Shown: in pieces, positions 8,732 to 16,918 of the stretch
Position numbering within the stretch: the stretch's first letter is position 1
Layout of the letters: every line of letters starts with the position of its first letter
From: Nitrospiraceae bacterium
Lineage (GTDB): Bacteria > Nitrospirota > Nitrospiria > Nitrospirales > Nitrospiraceae
Direction of reading: 5' to 3'
Length of the DNA: 64,000 nt
Assembly: GCA_037442105.1 (NCBI GenBank)
Contig: JBBIQV010000007.1
Span: 1 to 64,000, forward strand
Position numbers and translations under genes: made by a program
Notes under the pieces: model-generated
Seen by the model: the letters and a program-made list of their open reading frames with translations, nothing else
Databases searched by the model: none
Told to the model about the DNA's origin: nothing

Positions 8732-9857
8732 ACCACGCGTGCTTCCCACGATGGAGTACCGGGACTTCAGCCGACACGTCCATGACCGCGCAGCCGCTCG
8801 CCGGCATGTGATCAAGGCGCAGATGGAACTGACCTACCGCTGCAACCTTCATTGCCGCCATTGTTATACCGACCCGTACAACGGCAAAGCATGGCTCCCG
8901 CGCGAGCTGAGCCTGGCGGAGCTCATACGTCTCATAGATGAGATGGCTGATCTCGGCATCATGTGGCTCAACCTGACCGGCGGGGAAATTTTTCAACATC
9001 CACATTTCTGGACCATCTACGACCATGCCTACCGCCGAGGCTTTCTCTTGCAGCTCTATACCAACGGCACCCTCTTCACGAGAGGCATCGTCGAGCGGCT
9101 CCGGCAGACCCCACCGTTCACCATCGACATCTCGTGCCATTCCGTGAATGAAGAACGTTTCGACTGGTTCACGCAGGTTCCCGGCTCGTTCCGAGCCTTC
9201 TCACGAGGGCTGGAATTGTTGAAAGACAGTGGCCTGCCCTTCACGTTCAAAACCAAAGCCATGAATTGGAACAGGGACGAGATGCCGCAAATCAAGCAGT
9301 TCGTGGAATCGTTCGGACGGCGTTTCGGATTCACGACGTCGCTCTCGCCTCGGCTCAACGGCGATCTGTCTTCGCTCGGTTATCGTTTGGCTCCGGAAGC
9401 TGTTGTCGCTTTGCAACGAGAGGAACAACAGGCCGACGGGGAGGAGGAAAGCTGCGGTTTGTCCACTGACTTGCTGCCCCCTGCGACTGACCGGCTCTAT
9501 CGTTGCGGCTGTGGCACGGATACGATCCACATCAACGCCTGGGGCGAGCTCGGCACCTGTACCTTGCAATATGAGCGGCGTGTGTCGCTCCGCGAACATG
9601 CGCTCGGCGAAGCCATCGACAGCCTGTTTCGCAATATCAGGGCGATGCACTATCGGACCGAGTCTCCCTGCCGCACCTGCGACATCTATTCGTTCTGTGA
9701 GAAAACACCCTCGGATGCGCGCTGGGAGTGCGACGACGCCGAGGCCCCGATCCCTTATGATTGCAATGTCGCCCACGCGCGCGCGGAGTCCACGTCGCAT
9801 CAAACACTGATTCATCCGCTCCGCAGGACGTCCCATGGAAAGAGGACCCTTGCATGA
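8724..9857 (+). CDS. Radical SAM/SPASM protein 2
   Basis: CNLHCRHC, LTGGE, TNG; SPASM-like CGCG..INAWGELGTC ... CRTCDIYSFC ... YDC. Confidence 0.93.
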   Translation: MPEPRVLPTMEYRDFSRHVHDRAAARRHVIKAQMELTYRCNLHCRHCYTDPYNGKAWLPRELSLAELIRLIDEMADLGIMWLNLTGGEIFQHPHFWTIYDHAYRRGFLLQLYTNGTLFTRGIVERLRQTPPFTIDISCHSVNEERFDWFTQVPGSFRAFSRGLELLKDSGLPFTFKTKAMNWNRDEMPQIKQFVESFGRRFGFTTSLSPRLNGDLSSLGYRLAPEAVVALQREEQQADGEEESCGLSTDLLPPATDRLYRCGCGTDTIHINAWGELGTCTLQYERRVSLREHALGEAIDSLFRNIRAMHYRTESPCRTCDIYSFCEKTPSDARWECDDAEAPIPYDCNVAHARAESTSHQTLIHPLRRTSHGKRTLA

Positions 9858-10048
9858 CTGAGAAGAAACCATATTGCCCACCGCAACTCTTCCGCGTCGA
9901 ACTGAGCCAGGAACAGGCTATTTTGAGTGCCTGCAGCCTGATGTCCTCAAATCCAGCAGCCGGCGGGCTGGATCTGTATTGCCGGAGGGGCGGCTGTAAG
10001 CGGGCAACTTTCATGAGCATGTCCGACAGCGGGCTGCGGCCATCGTAA
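9854..10048 (+). CDS. Putative RiPP precursor peptide A1 (64 aa)
   Basis: MTEKKPYCPPQLFRVELSQEQAILSACSLMSSNPAAGGLDLYCRRGGCKRATFMSMSDSGLRPS; AGAGGA RBS; ATGA overlap with the rSAM2 stop; paralog follows. Confidence 0.88.
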   Translation: MTEKKPYCPPQLFRVELSQEQAILSACSLMSSNPAAGGLDLYCRRGGCKRATFMSMSDSGLRPS

Positions 10049-10065
10049 GCAGAAAAGTGGAAGCT

Positions 10066-10260
10066 ATGAGAATGAAGAAACCTTACAACGTGCCGCAACT
10101 GTTTCAAGTGGATTTAATGCATGAACAAGCTATTCTCAGTGCCTGCAGCTTGACCGCAGTGAACCCCCAGACAGGCGGTCTTGATCTCGCCTGCAGACCG
10201 CGCGGATGCAAGAAAGACAAAGATCCGAGAAAAGGGGACAGCGGCATGCGTCCCTCATAA
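10066..10260 (+). CDS. Putative RiPP precursor peptide A2 (64 aa)
   Basis: MRMKKPYNVPQLFQVDLMHEQAILSACSLTAVNPQTGGLDLACRPRGCKKDKDPRKGDSGMRPS; gapless alignment to A1 with 39/64 identities (start could be 10072). Confidence 0.88.
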   Translation: MRMKKPYNVPQLFQVDLMHEQAILSACSLTAVNPQTGGLDLACRPRGCKKDKDPRKGDSGMRPS

Positions 10261-10283
10261 AGGGCTCATGGCCGGTGAGCATC

Positions 10284-11186
10284 ATGTCTATCGATCTCCA
10301 CATCGCCGGGTTCAGAATTCGGCTTGATGAACCTTCCGGCGTTGCCCGTCTCGGCTGGCCATTGCGCCCTTTCGACCGATTCAGGGATCAGAGTGACATG
10401 CCTCCCGATATCGTCGCGCGCGTGACGGTGACAAAGGCTCTTCCCACCCATCCGAAAGGCCTTTTGCGTTTCGACGCGTGCCACGGCCTCTGGCAACTGT
10501 ATGAGACCGATGCCGGTTTGCTACTGGAAACTCTGGACACCAAAACTCACCAACCCTACAGCCGCTCTCTCATTAACGAAGACTTTTCGCGGATAGATGT
10601 CTGGACGCTTGGGGAAGAGATGAGCACGGCGTACGGCTGGGTTCCGATGAAAATCTTCAACCCCGTGATCGAAGTGTGCCTCCTCACCAGACTCGCGCGT
10701 GAGGGAGGGCTCCTCCTTCACTCGGCAGGGGTTCTTTCACGCAGAGGAGGCCATATCTTCACCGGCGCCTCGGGGACCGGCAAATCGACTCTGTCCAGCT
10801 TCTTTGCCGAGCGTGGCGCATCGGTGCTCAGCGATGAGCGCATGATCATCCGAAAGAACGGAGCTTCTTTTGTTGCTCACGGTACCCCGTGGGTCGGGAG
10901 CGGCGCCTACGCGAAGAACGAGTCCGGACCTGTGACGGGGCTGTTTTGTATTCGTCAGGCACAACGGCATCACACCGAAGCCCTGTCACCCGGTGCCGCC
11001 CTGTCTTTTATTCTCCCGCAATGTTTTCTTCCGCATTGGGACCGAACCGCAATGGAAGCCACGCTGGCGTTCCTCGGCGATCTTGTCCTGCATGTTCCCT
11101 GTAAGAGTCTGGCATTTGCCAAACACCCCGACGTTATCGATTTCGTCCACGACCAGCTCGCGTCAACAGCACTGGTGACATCATGA
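10284..11186 (+). CDS. HPr-kinase-like P-loop protein (putative peptide kinase)
   Basis: LLHSAGV, FTGASGTGKSTL (Walker A), VLSDE and GTPW motifs; start 10284 follows GGTGAG. Confidence 0.8.
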   Translation: MSIDLHIAGFRIRLDEPSGVARLGWPLRPFDRFRDQSDMPPDIVARVTVTKALPTHPKGLLRFDACHGLWQLYETDAGLLLETLDTKTHQPYSRSLINEDFSRIDVWTLGEEMSTAYGWVPMKIFNPVIEVCLLTRLAREGGLLLHSAGVLSRRGGHIFTGASGTGKSTLSSFFAERGASVLSDERMIIRKNGASFVAHGTPWVGSGAYAKNESGPVTGLFCIRQAQRHHTEALSPGAALSFILPQCFLPHWDRTAMEATLAFLGDLVLHVPCKSLAFAKHPDVIDFVHDQLASTALVTS

Positions 11187-12241
11187 ACAAGCTGGATGCC
11201 GGCGAGTTTCTGGAATCGCTTTCGACGAAAGCCGCTGCCTGTCGCCATCCAGAAAGCGTGACTTTTGAGCTGACGTACGGCTGCAACCTCCGGTGCCTCC
11301 ACTGCTACAACCCCACTCATCGCGTGTTGCCTCATGAACTGACGACTGTCGAGATCTACTCGATTCTGGACCAACTCGCAGACTTCGGCGTACTCAATGT
11401 CACATTTTCGGGCGGTGAACCGTCGATCCGTCCCGATATCGTTCAGATCCTGCGCCACGCACGCTCTCGTGGTCTCATGATCCAACTTCTGACCAACGCA
11501 ACGCGCATCACCCCTTCCTTCGCCGAACTCTTGGGCGAGGTCGGCATTGCACAGATCAACGTATCCATCTACGGCGCCTCCGAGACCACATATGAACACA
11601 TGACCGGTATCCCGGGCTCCTACACGGCATTCGCCCAGGGCCTCCGATGCCTTGCCGTTCACGGCCTCCCCATCACTGTCCGCATGCCGGTCACGACCGT
11701 GAACCAGGGAGACCTGGTTGCTTGCCGCGCACTGGTCGAAAACCACGGCTTCAAATTTCAATATTGTCTGGACGTGACGCCCAAAACGGATGGCGATTGC
11801 ACTCCGCTGCAGTACCGATTGAGTCCGCAGGAGAAGCACCGCATCGATCACACTCTGCTGCCGCATCTTGCGGATGTCTCGAACGAGGATTCGTGCTCGT
11901 CTCGCTCGACGTTCATCTCCTGCGCCTGTGGGAAGAACCGCTTCGCCATCACCCCCTATGGCGAGATGAATCTCTGCGTCGCCTTTCCGATTCCCAAGTA
12001 CGACCTCCGCGCAGGCACGGTCAGGGCCGGTTGGGAGCTGTTGAAGCGAACGGTAGACCACGCCGCTCCGAACGAACACGACCAGTGCCCCGCCTGCGAG
12101 GGTTACTCCTATTGCCGCCAGGGCCGGAGCGATGCGTGGCTCGAAACCGGCGATATGAGCCGCTGCTTGCCTCACTTCAAGGAATGGGCCTTCTTGGAGA
12201 AACAGTCCCATGCCCTCCTTCACCCTCGACGATCTCGTTGA
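11183..12241 (+). CDS. Radical SAM/SPASM protein 3
   Basis: CNLRCLHC, FSGGEP, TNA, VSIYG; CACG..AITPYGEMNLC ... CPACEGYSYC; ATGA-coupled to the kinase. Confidence 0.93.
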   Translation: MNKLDAGEFLESLSTKAAACRHPESVTFELTYGCNLRCLHCYNPTHRVLPHELTTVEIYSILDQLADFGVLNVTFSGGEPSIRPDIVQILRHARSRGLMIQLLTNATRITPSFAELLGEVGIAQINVSIYGASETTYEHMTGIPGSYTAFAQGLRCLAVHGLPITVRMPVTTVNQGDLVACRALVENHGFKFQYCLDVTPKTDGDCTPLQYRLSPQEKHRIDHTLLPHLADVSNEDSCSSRSTFISCACGKNRFAITPYGEMNLCVAFPIPKYDLRAGTVRAGWELLKRTVDHAAPNEHDQCPACEGYSYCRQGRSDAWLETGDMSRCLPHFKEWAFLEKQSHALLHPRRSR

Positions 12242-13184
12242 ATCCTATGTGCGCGTCAGTTCGCTCAACCACCGGGCGCTGGACCGCTTCGTGGAGATCG
12301 GCGCGCAGCTCCGCCGGCACGGGATCGACTTCCTGGTTCTGAAAGGCGCGGACCTGCTGTCCCGTCTCTATGGGACCAGAGGGACACGACCGATGACGGA
12401 TGTCGATTTGCTGGTTCACGAGCCGGACCTTCCGCTCATCGACCATCTACTCACCGAATGCGGCTATGCGCAAGAGATCGACGGCAATCCGGCCTACCGC
12501 TCACCGGACGGGAGCCTTTTGCTGGATATCACCTGTGACCTTTGGTACCTGGACCAGGCAGGCCTGGATGCGGTCTGGCGACACGCCATTCAGCGAACGA
12601 TCCACGAGCTTCCCATCCGCTGCATGGGCACGGACGACCTCGTGCTGTATCTGACTGCTTATGCCGTCATCCATCGCGGCGCGTGCTCCACGCCATTCGC
12701 CGGAGACCTTGCCCTGGTGACGAAACGGGAGTCGGTGAACTGGGAGTCTGTCTGCAAACAAGCCGCTCGATGGAACCTGAAAGTTCCTGTGTATCACGGG
12801 CTCTCATACCTGCAACCCCTGCAAACCGGGCAGCCGCAACTTGCCATCCCGCCCAAAGCGCTGGCCGATCTTGCCCCCGTGACCTTCGGCGAACGATGGC
12901 TGCTCCGTTTTCTGCGCAAGGCGGTGACCGACAAGCCGATCACCAACCTCGGACATCTGCTTCTGCTCCTGACGCGGCCGGCCGGTACCAGGTGGCCGTG
13001 GTTGAAACGAACGTTTTTCCCATCGCCTGCGTTTCTTGGGTACCGATACGGCTCCGTCAGCCAACGTCATCCCATCCGAACCAGGCTGATGCGCATCCTG
13101 TCGCTTGGCTTCCAAGCCTGTCTGCTGGCAGGACGGCTCGGCGTCATGTTGTGCACATCGACAGCGCAAAGGCTTCCTCGATGA
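12210..13184 (+). CDS. Nucleotidyltransferase family protein (NTP_transf_5-like)
   Basis: LVLKGADL..RLY....RPMTDVDLLV signature; later H and DL motifs. Confidence 0.88.
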   Translation: MPSFTLDDLVESYVRVSSLNHRALDRFVEIGAQLRRHGIDFLVLKGADLLSRLYGTRGTRPMTDVDLLVHEPDLPLIDHLLTECGYAQEIDGNPAYRSPDGSLLLDITCDLWYLDQAGLDAVWRHAIQRTIHELPIRCMGTDDLVLYLTAYAVIHRGACSTPFAGDLALVTKRESVNWESVCKQAARWNLKVPVYHGLSYLQPLQTGQPQLAIPPKALADLAPVTFGERWLLRFLRKAVTDKPITNLGHLLLLLTRPAGTRWPWLKRTFFPSPAFLGYRYGSVSQRHPIRTRLMRILSLGFQACLLAGRLGVMLCTSTAQRLPR

Positions 13185-13216
13185 TTCACTACGCCACGAT
13201 GATTCACTACGCCACG
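13181..13216 (+). repeat. Perfect 18-bp tandem duplication at the peptidase start
   Basis: ATGATTCACTACGCCACG x2, encoding MIHYAT-MIHYAT. Confidence 0.9.
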
Positions 13217-13996
13217 GGCCTCGTTCGCAGCCAGAAGTGGGGGACTGCCGATCGGCTCACCGGCCACGACCTGCTCCCCATTCTCCGGCACACCAGGCTT
13301 CTGGTGTCTTCATGGAGCATGTTTCCGACGATCCGCAAGGGTGACTACATTGAACTCGACCACGCATGCGAGGTGAACGTCGGCGACATCGTGGTCTACC
13401 GCCAATGCGGCGCGCTCGTCTGCCATCGCGTGAGATCGCTCACCCAGGACGGGCTCGTCATCACAGGCAGCGAGGACATGGCCACAGGCACGGACGCGGT
13501 TTTTCGGCGAGACATCATCGGTCGCGTGACCTGGATCATTCGAGGCCGCCGACGATTCGCGCCGGCGCATGGTATGCCGCCTACTCTGATGGCCTGCTTG
13601 CGCCGTCGCTTCGACCAATATCGCGCGTCCTATTCGAACAAGGCGCGATCGATCGCCGCCGCGATTCTGGCAGGTCTCACCCGGCGTCGAATTCCTCATC
13701 GCCTGCTGTCCAGGTTGTTCCTGAGTTGTCTCCGCTTCCGCATCATGGCAAAGATGCCGATCGAGTCGATCCCTGCCTACGACTTAGCCGACAATCCGAT
13801 CTGGTCCCACGGAACACGCCGTACCTCTATCCGGGTCCGTAAGATCGCAACAAGAGAGCGCCTCATCGTCTGTGCATACCTCGGGTCTCACCTCGTGGGC
13901 AGTGTGGACTTACGTTCAGGGGAGCAACGATTGCACCCGCTGATCGGCGGGCTCGGCCTAGAACTCTACTTTGCGGATCTGACGCATCTTCAATAG
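13181..13996 (+). CDS. S24/S26-family (signal-peptidase-like) peptidase, candidate leader peptidase
   Basis: SWSMFPTIRKGD (catalytic Ser box), VGDIVVY, VCHRV, DIIGRV; ATGA overlap with the upstream stop. Confidence 0.78.
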   Translation: MIHYATMIHYATGLVRSQKWGTADRLTGHDLLPILRHTRLLVSSWSMFPTIRKGDYIELDHACEVNVGDIVVYRQCGALVCHRVRSLTQDGLVITGSEDMATGTDAVFRRDIIGRVTWIIRGRRRFAPAHGMPPTLMACLRRRFDQYRASYSNKARSIAAAILAGLTRRRIPHRLLSRLFLSCLRFRIMAKMPIESIPAYDLADNPIWSHGTRRTSIRVRKIATRERLIVCAYLGSHLVGSVDLRSGEQRLHPLIGGLGLELYFADLTHLQ

Positions 13997-14139
13997 ATGC
14001 CTTACTGACACCGAACTGGATTTCCGCTTTCTTCTTCAGCACTTAAATGCACATCCTTTTGGCGGATTCGTCCGTAGAGTGATATAGTTGTGGCGTGTTG
14101 CACGCGAGTGATCCCGCTCGGTCGTAGAATCCCGGTTCT

Positions 14140-14745
14140 ATGGAAACCGCGCCTCGATACGCCGCATCGACGATCGATCCCAAGCTCTTGGCCCGCGTGG
14201 CCAAGGGCGACCAGCAGGCGTTCAGTCAGCTTTACGACCAATCGAGTGCGTTGCTGTACACCCTGGCCCTCCGCATCCTAAGCAACCGCGAGGAGGCCGC
14301 TGAGCTGTTACAGGAAGTGTATCTGGAGGTCTGGCGGAAGATCGCACGGTATGACGTTGGGCGAGGTACTCCTATCGCCTGGCTCGTGACACTCACACGC
14401 AGCCGGGCCCTCGATCGCCTGCGCTCACGAGCTGCGAAGGAACCCAACCATACGGCGACGCCGCTCGACGTCTCCTCGGCAGCTCAGGTTCCCGATCACG
14501 GGCCCAGCCCGTTCGAGTCGCACGCCGATATCGAAATGAGGACGTTAGTGACGAGCGCGCTGGCGGAACTCCCTGCCGCCCAGCAAGAAGCCATCGAAAT
14601 GGCTTACTACGAAGGACTGTCGCATACGGAAATCGCCGCGCGTCTGAATCAGCCGTTGGGCACCGTGAAGACGCGGATCAAACTCGGACTCACCAAGCTC
14701 CGAGCCGCGTTACGCAGCACCTGGGAACAGGGCGAGGCATCATGA
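14140..14745 (+). CDS. ECF sigma-70 factor (SigK-like)
   Basis: GDQQAFSQLYD, AELLQEVYLEVW, WLVTLTRSRALD, YYEGLSHTEIA..L..PLGTVKTRI. Confidence 0.93.
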   Translation: METAPRYAASTIDPKLLARVAKGDQQAFSQLYDQSSALLYTLALRILSNREEAAELLQEVYLEVWRKIARYDVGRGTPIAWLVTLTRSRALDRLRSRAAKEPNHTATPLDVSSAAQVPDHGPSPFESHADIEMRTLVTSALAELPAAQQEAIEMAYYEGLSHTEIAARLNQPLGTVKTRIKLGLTKLRAALRSTWEQGEAS

Positions 14746-15761
14746 CCCACGAAGAACTCGAAGAAGCGATCCCTTTATACGCGGTCGGTGCCATCGAGCG
14801 GCCGGAACGCCAGGTTCTGGAAGCCCATCTCTTGTCCGGCTGTGCGACTTGCCATGCAGCGTTGAAAGAATGCCAAGCCGTGGCGGCCGCGATCCCATTT
14901 GGCTTGTCTCCGGTGGCGCCTCCCCGCACACTCAAGGCCAAGATTATGGCGGCTCGCGATCCGGCCTCCATCCCGACGGAGGTCGTGCGGCAGCCAAATA
15001 AACCATCGCTCGAGCCGGGAGAGTGGATGAAACACCTCTTTCCCCCGGTTGCCCCCGCGCGATCCATACCCTTCCGCTTCGCGCTTGGTTTCGCGGCTCT
15101 CGCGCTCGTAACCGGGATCGGCTACTTCATATGGTCGTACACTTCCCGAATGGCTGAAGAATCGAGAAAACTCGAACAACTCCAGGCAACGCTCCAGAAG
15201 GAAAGCGCACAGCTTGCGGCGCTCCGCAGGAACCTCACCGAGCGCGACCAGTCGATTGCGCAATTACGCGATGAACTCCAGCAACGCACCGGCGAGATCG
15301 CCGACCTCCGAGACACCGTGATCCGCCGGGAAGCGGAGTTGGACGATGCCCGCCTTCAGTTGGCCCAGCGCGACGCTGCGGCCCTGCGAAGGGCCAAGTC
15401 CCAACAGGAAGAAATCGCTGCTTTGCTTCGATTGCCCGGCGTGAAAGTCGCCTCACTAACCGGTGCGGAGATGGCAAAAAGCGCCGGAGCCGTCGTGCTC
15501 TTCGACCCTGGGACCGGCAAGGCCTGGCTGTATGCCTACAATCTTCCCTTGCTCCCTGTCGGAAAGGTGTATCAGTTGTGGGTCATCGACGACAAACCGG
15601 TGAGTGCCGGCACGTTCTTCCTCGATGTGGGTCAAAAGGGCCGGCTGATGGTGAAGAATCTTCCCGATCTCTCCCACGCCAAGAAGTTCGCCGTGAGCGT
15701 GGAACCGGCTGGTGGCCGCCCCCAACCGACCGGCGCCATCTATCTCGTCGGGCAACTGTAA
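14742..15761 (+). CDS. Anti-sigma factor, RskA-like, with long coiled-coil
   Basis: N-terminal HLLSGCATC zinc motif, one TM, C-terminal YQLW..PVSAG..FAVSVEP.GG..QPTG; ATGA-coupled to the sigma factor. Confidence 0.88.
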   Translation: MTHEELEEAIPLYAVGAIERPERQVLEAHLLSGCATCHAALKECQAVAAAIPFGLSPVAPPRTLKAKIMAARDPASIPTEVVRQPNKPSLEPGEWMKHLFPPVAPARSIPFRFALGFAALALVTGIGYFIWSYTSRMAEESRKLEQLQATLQKESAQLAALRRNLTERDQSIAQLRDELQQRTGEIADLRDTVIRREAELDDARLQLAQRDAAALRRAKSQQEEIAALLRLPGVKVASLTGAEMAKSAGAVVLFDPGTGKAWLYAYNLPLLPVGKVYQLWVIDDKPVSAGTFFLDVGQKGRLMVKNLPDLSHAKKFAVSVEPAGGRPQPTGAIYLVGQL

Positions 15762-15876
15762 CCCTCCTCGTTTTCCCCTCACCTTTGATTGACAGGTCGT
15801 CACGGGATCGTTACAAGAGCCCGTCCATGTCTCAACTCGGATCAGTATCCGTTCTTCATCATCCCGATCTTGCGGA

Positions 15877-16794
15877 GTGACCGGCCCCCTCATGGTGCAT
15901 CGGAGTGTTGCAAGAGGTTTGCTGCCGATGATTATGCTCGCCGCAACTATCGGTCTGTCCATAGACGTCTGGGCTCTTGAAAAATACGGACGGCCGTTGC
16001 CCTCCTTCGAGGAACCTTCGCCACGAGATGCCGCCGGAACGGAAGAAGCACATTGGCTGCACGGCTACCTGCTGACCGGCGCCTTCGTGCATAACCCCAC
16101 CTTCGCCGCACGCCCGGACAACAGCGGTCTCGTGGGCCTGCGCCACATGGTGCACCTCGAAACCGATCTCTATAAGGAATATCTGCAGTTCTATACCGAC
16201 CAGAATTTTTTCTCAGATCGGCGGGAAGGGTGGGTCAGACTCTCAGAATGGGATGGGACCTATGCGCTCACTGGCTCTGTGGGAGCATGGGGTTGGCGGG
16301 TGCAGTACGAACGCGACGCGCCGTTGGATCGCAGCGGCGTTAAACAGATCTACGGAGACGCGCTGGTCACATACCGTGCGCAAGATGCCCGGCAGTGGAG
16401 CTGGTGGCGAAATCATTTTCCCGATCAGAATCTCAGCGTCTATGCCGGAGCGGGATGGCTTTTCCACAATCACGACTACTTCGCTCGGCCGAACAATACG
16501 GGCCGGGCGTTGTTCCGCTATGTGGCGCACGCCGACCTCGATCTGTACCGCAACCTGGTCGTACTCTTCACCGACATGAATTTCTTCAGTGACCGGAGCG
16601 AGCGCAACGCCGTGCGCCCGTCCGAACTGGACCTGCTCGTGGGAGTCGCGGTCAGACATGGCGATGTTGAGCTGGCCTTGATCCATGAACAGGACATGCC
16701 CTTGGACCGATCGGGCCTCGTGCAGCGCTATGTGGCCCTTCAGCTCCGGTACGAATTTGAATGGCTGCGGAGGCCCTCACAGACAAAACCGTGA
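15877..16794 (+). CDS. Exported hypothetical protein, probable beta-barrel built from two repeats
   Basis: Signal peptide; duplicated ARP.N.G, DLY, TD.NFFSDR, SE.D and D.PLDRSG motifs; start uncertain. Confidence 0.72.
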   Translation: MTGPLMVHRSVARGLLPMIMLAATIGLSIDVWALEKYGRPLPSFEEPSPRDAAGTEEAHWLHGYLLTGAFVHNPTFAARPDNSGLVGLRHMVHLETDLYKEYLQFYTDQNFFSDRREGWVRLSEWDGTYALTGSVGAWGWRVQYERDAPLDRSGVKQIYGDALVTYRAQDARQWSWWRNHFPDQNLSVYAGAGWLFHNHDYFARPNNTGRALFRYVAHADLDLYRNLVVLFTDMNFFSDRSERNAVRPSELDLLVGVAVRHGDVELALIHEQDMPLDRSGLVQRYVALQLRYEFEWLRRPSQTKP

Positions 16795-16918
16795 CCAATC
16801 GCAGAGCGAAAGAAAGAGAGGGCGGATAGGCATCCGTGCTAAGATGGGGCCCGCTGCGTCGAGTCGAGGGAACCGGACGCGGCTGAGTGATTGAAATGTC
16901 GATAAAAGGAACCTTGCT

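Noticed and set aside
12542..13180. N-terminal extensions in the ORF track (12542, 28851, 53526, 62658, 10206, 9761)
   Set aside because: They overlap upstream genes in another frame; downstream starts with RBS or ATGA coupling fit better.
7523..13996. Lasso peptide or PQQ biosynthesis cluster
   Set aside because: No asparagine-synthetase-like cyclase or transglutaminase-like B2; no pqqB/pqqC; the peptides lack the PqqA ExxxY core.
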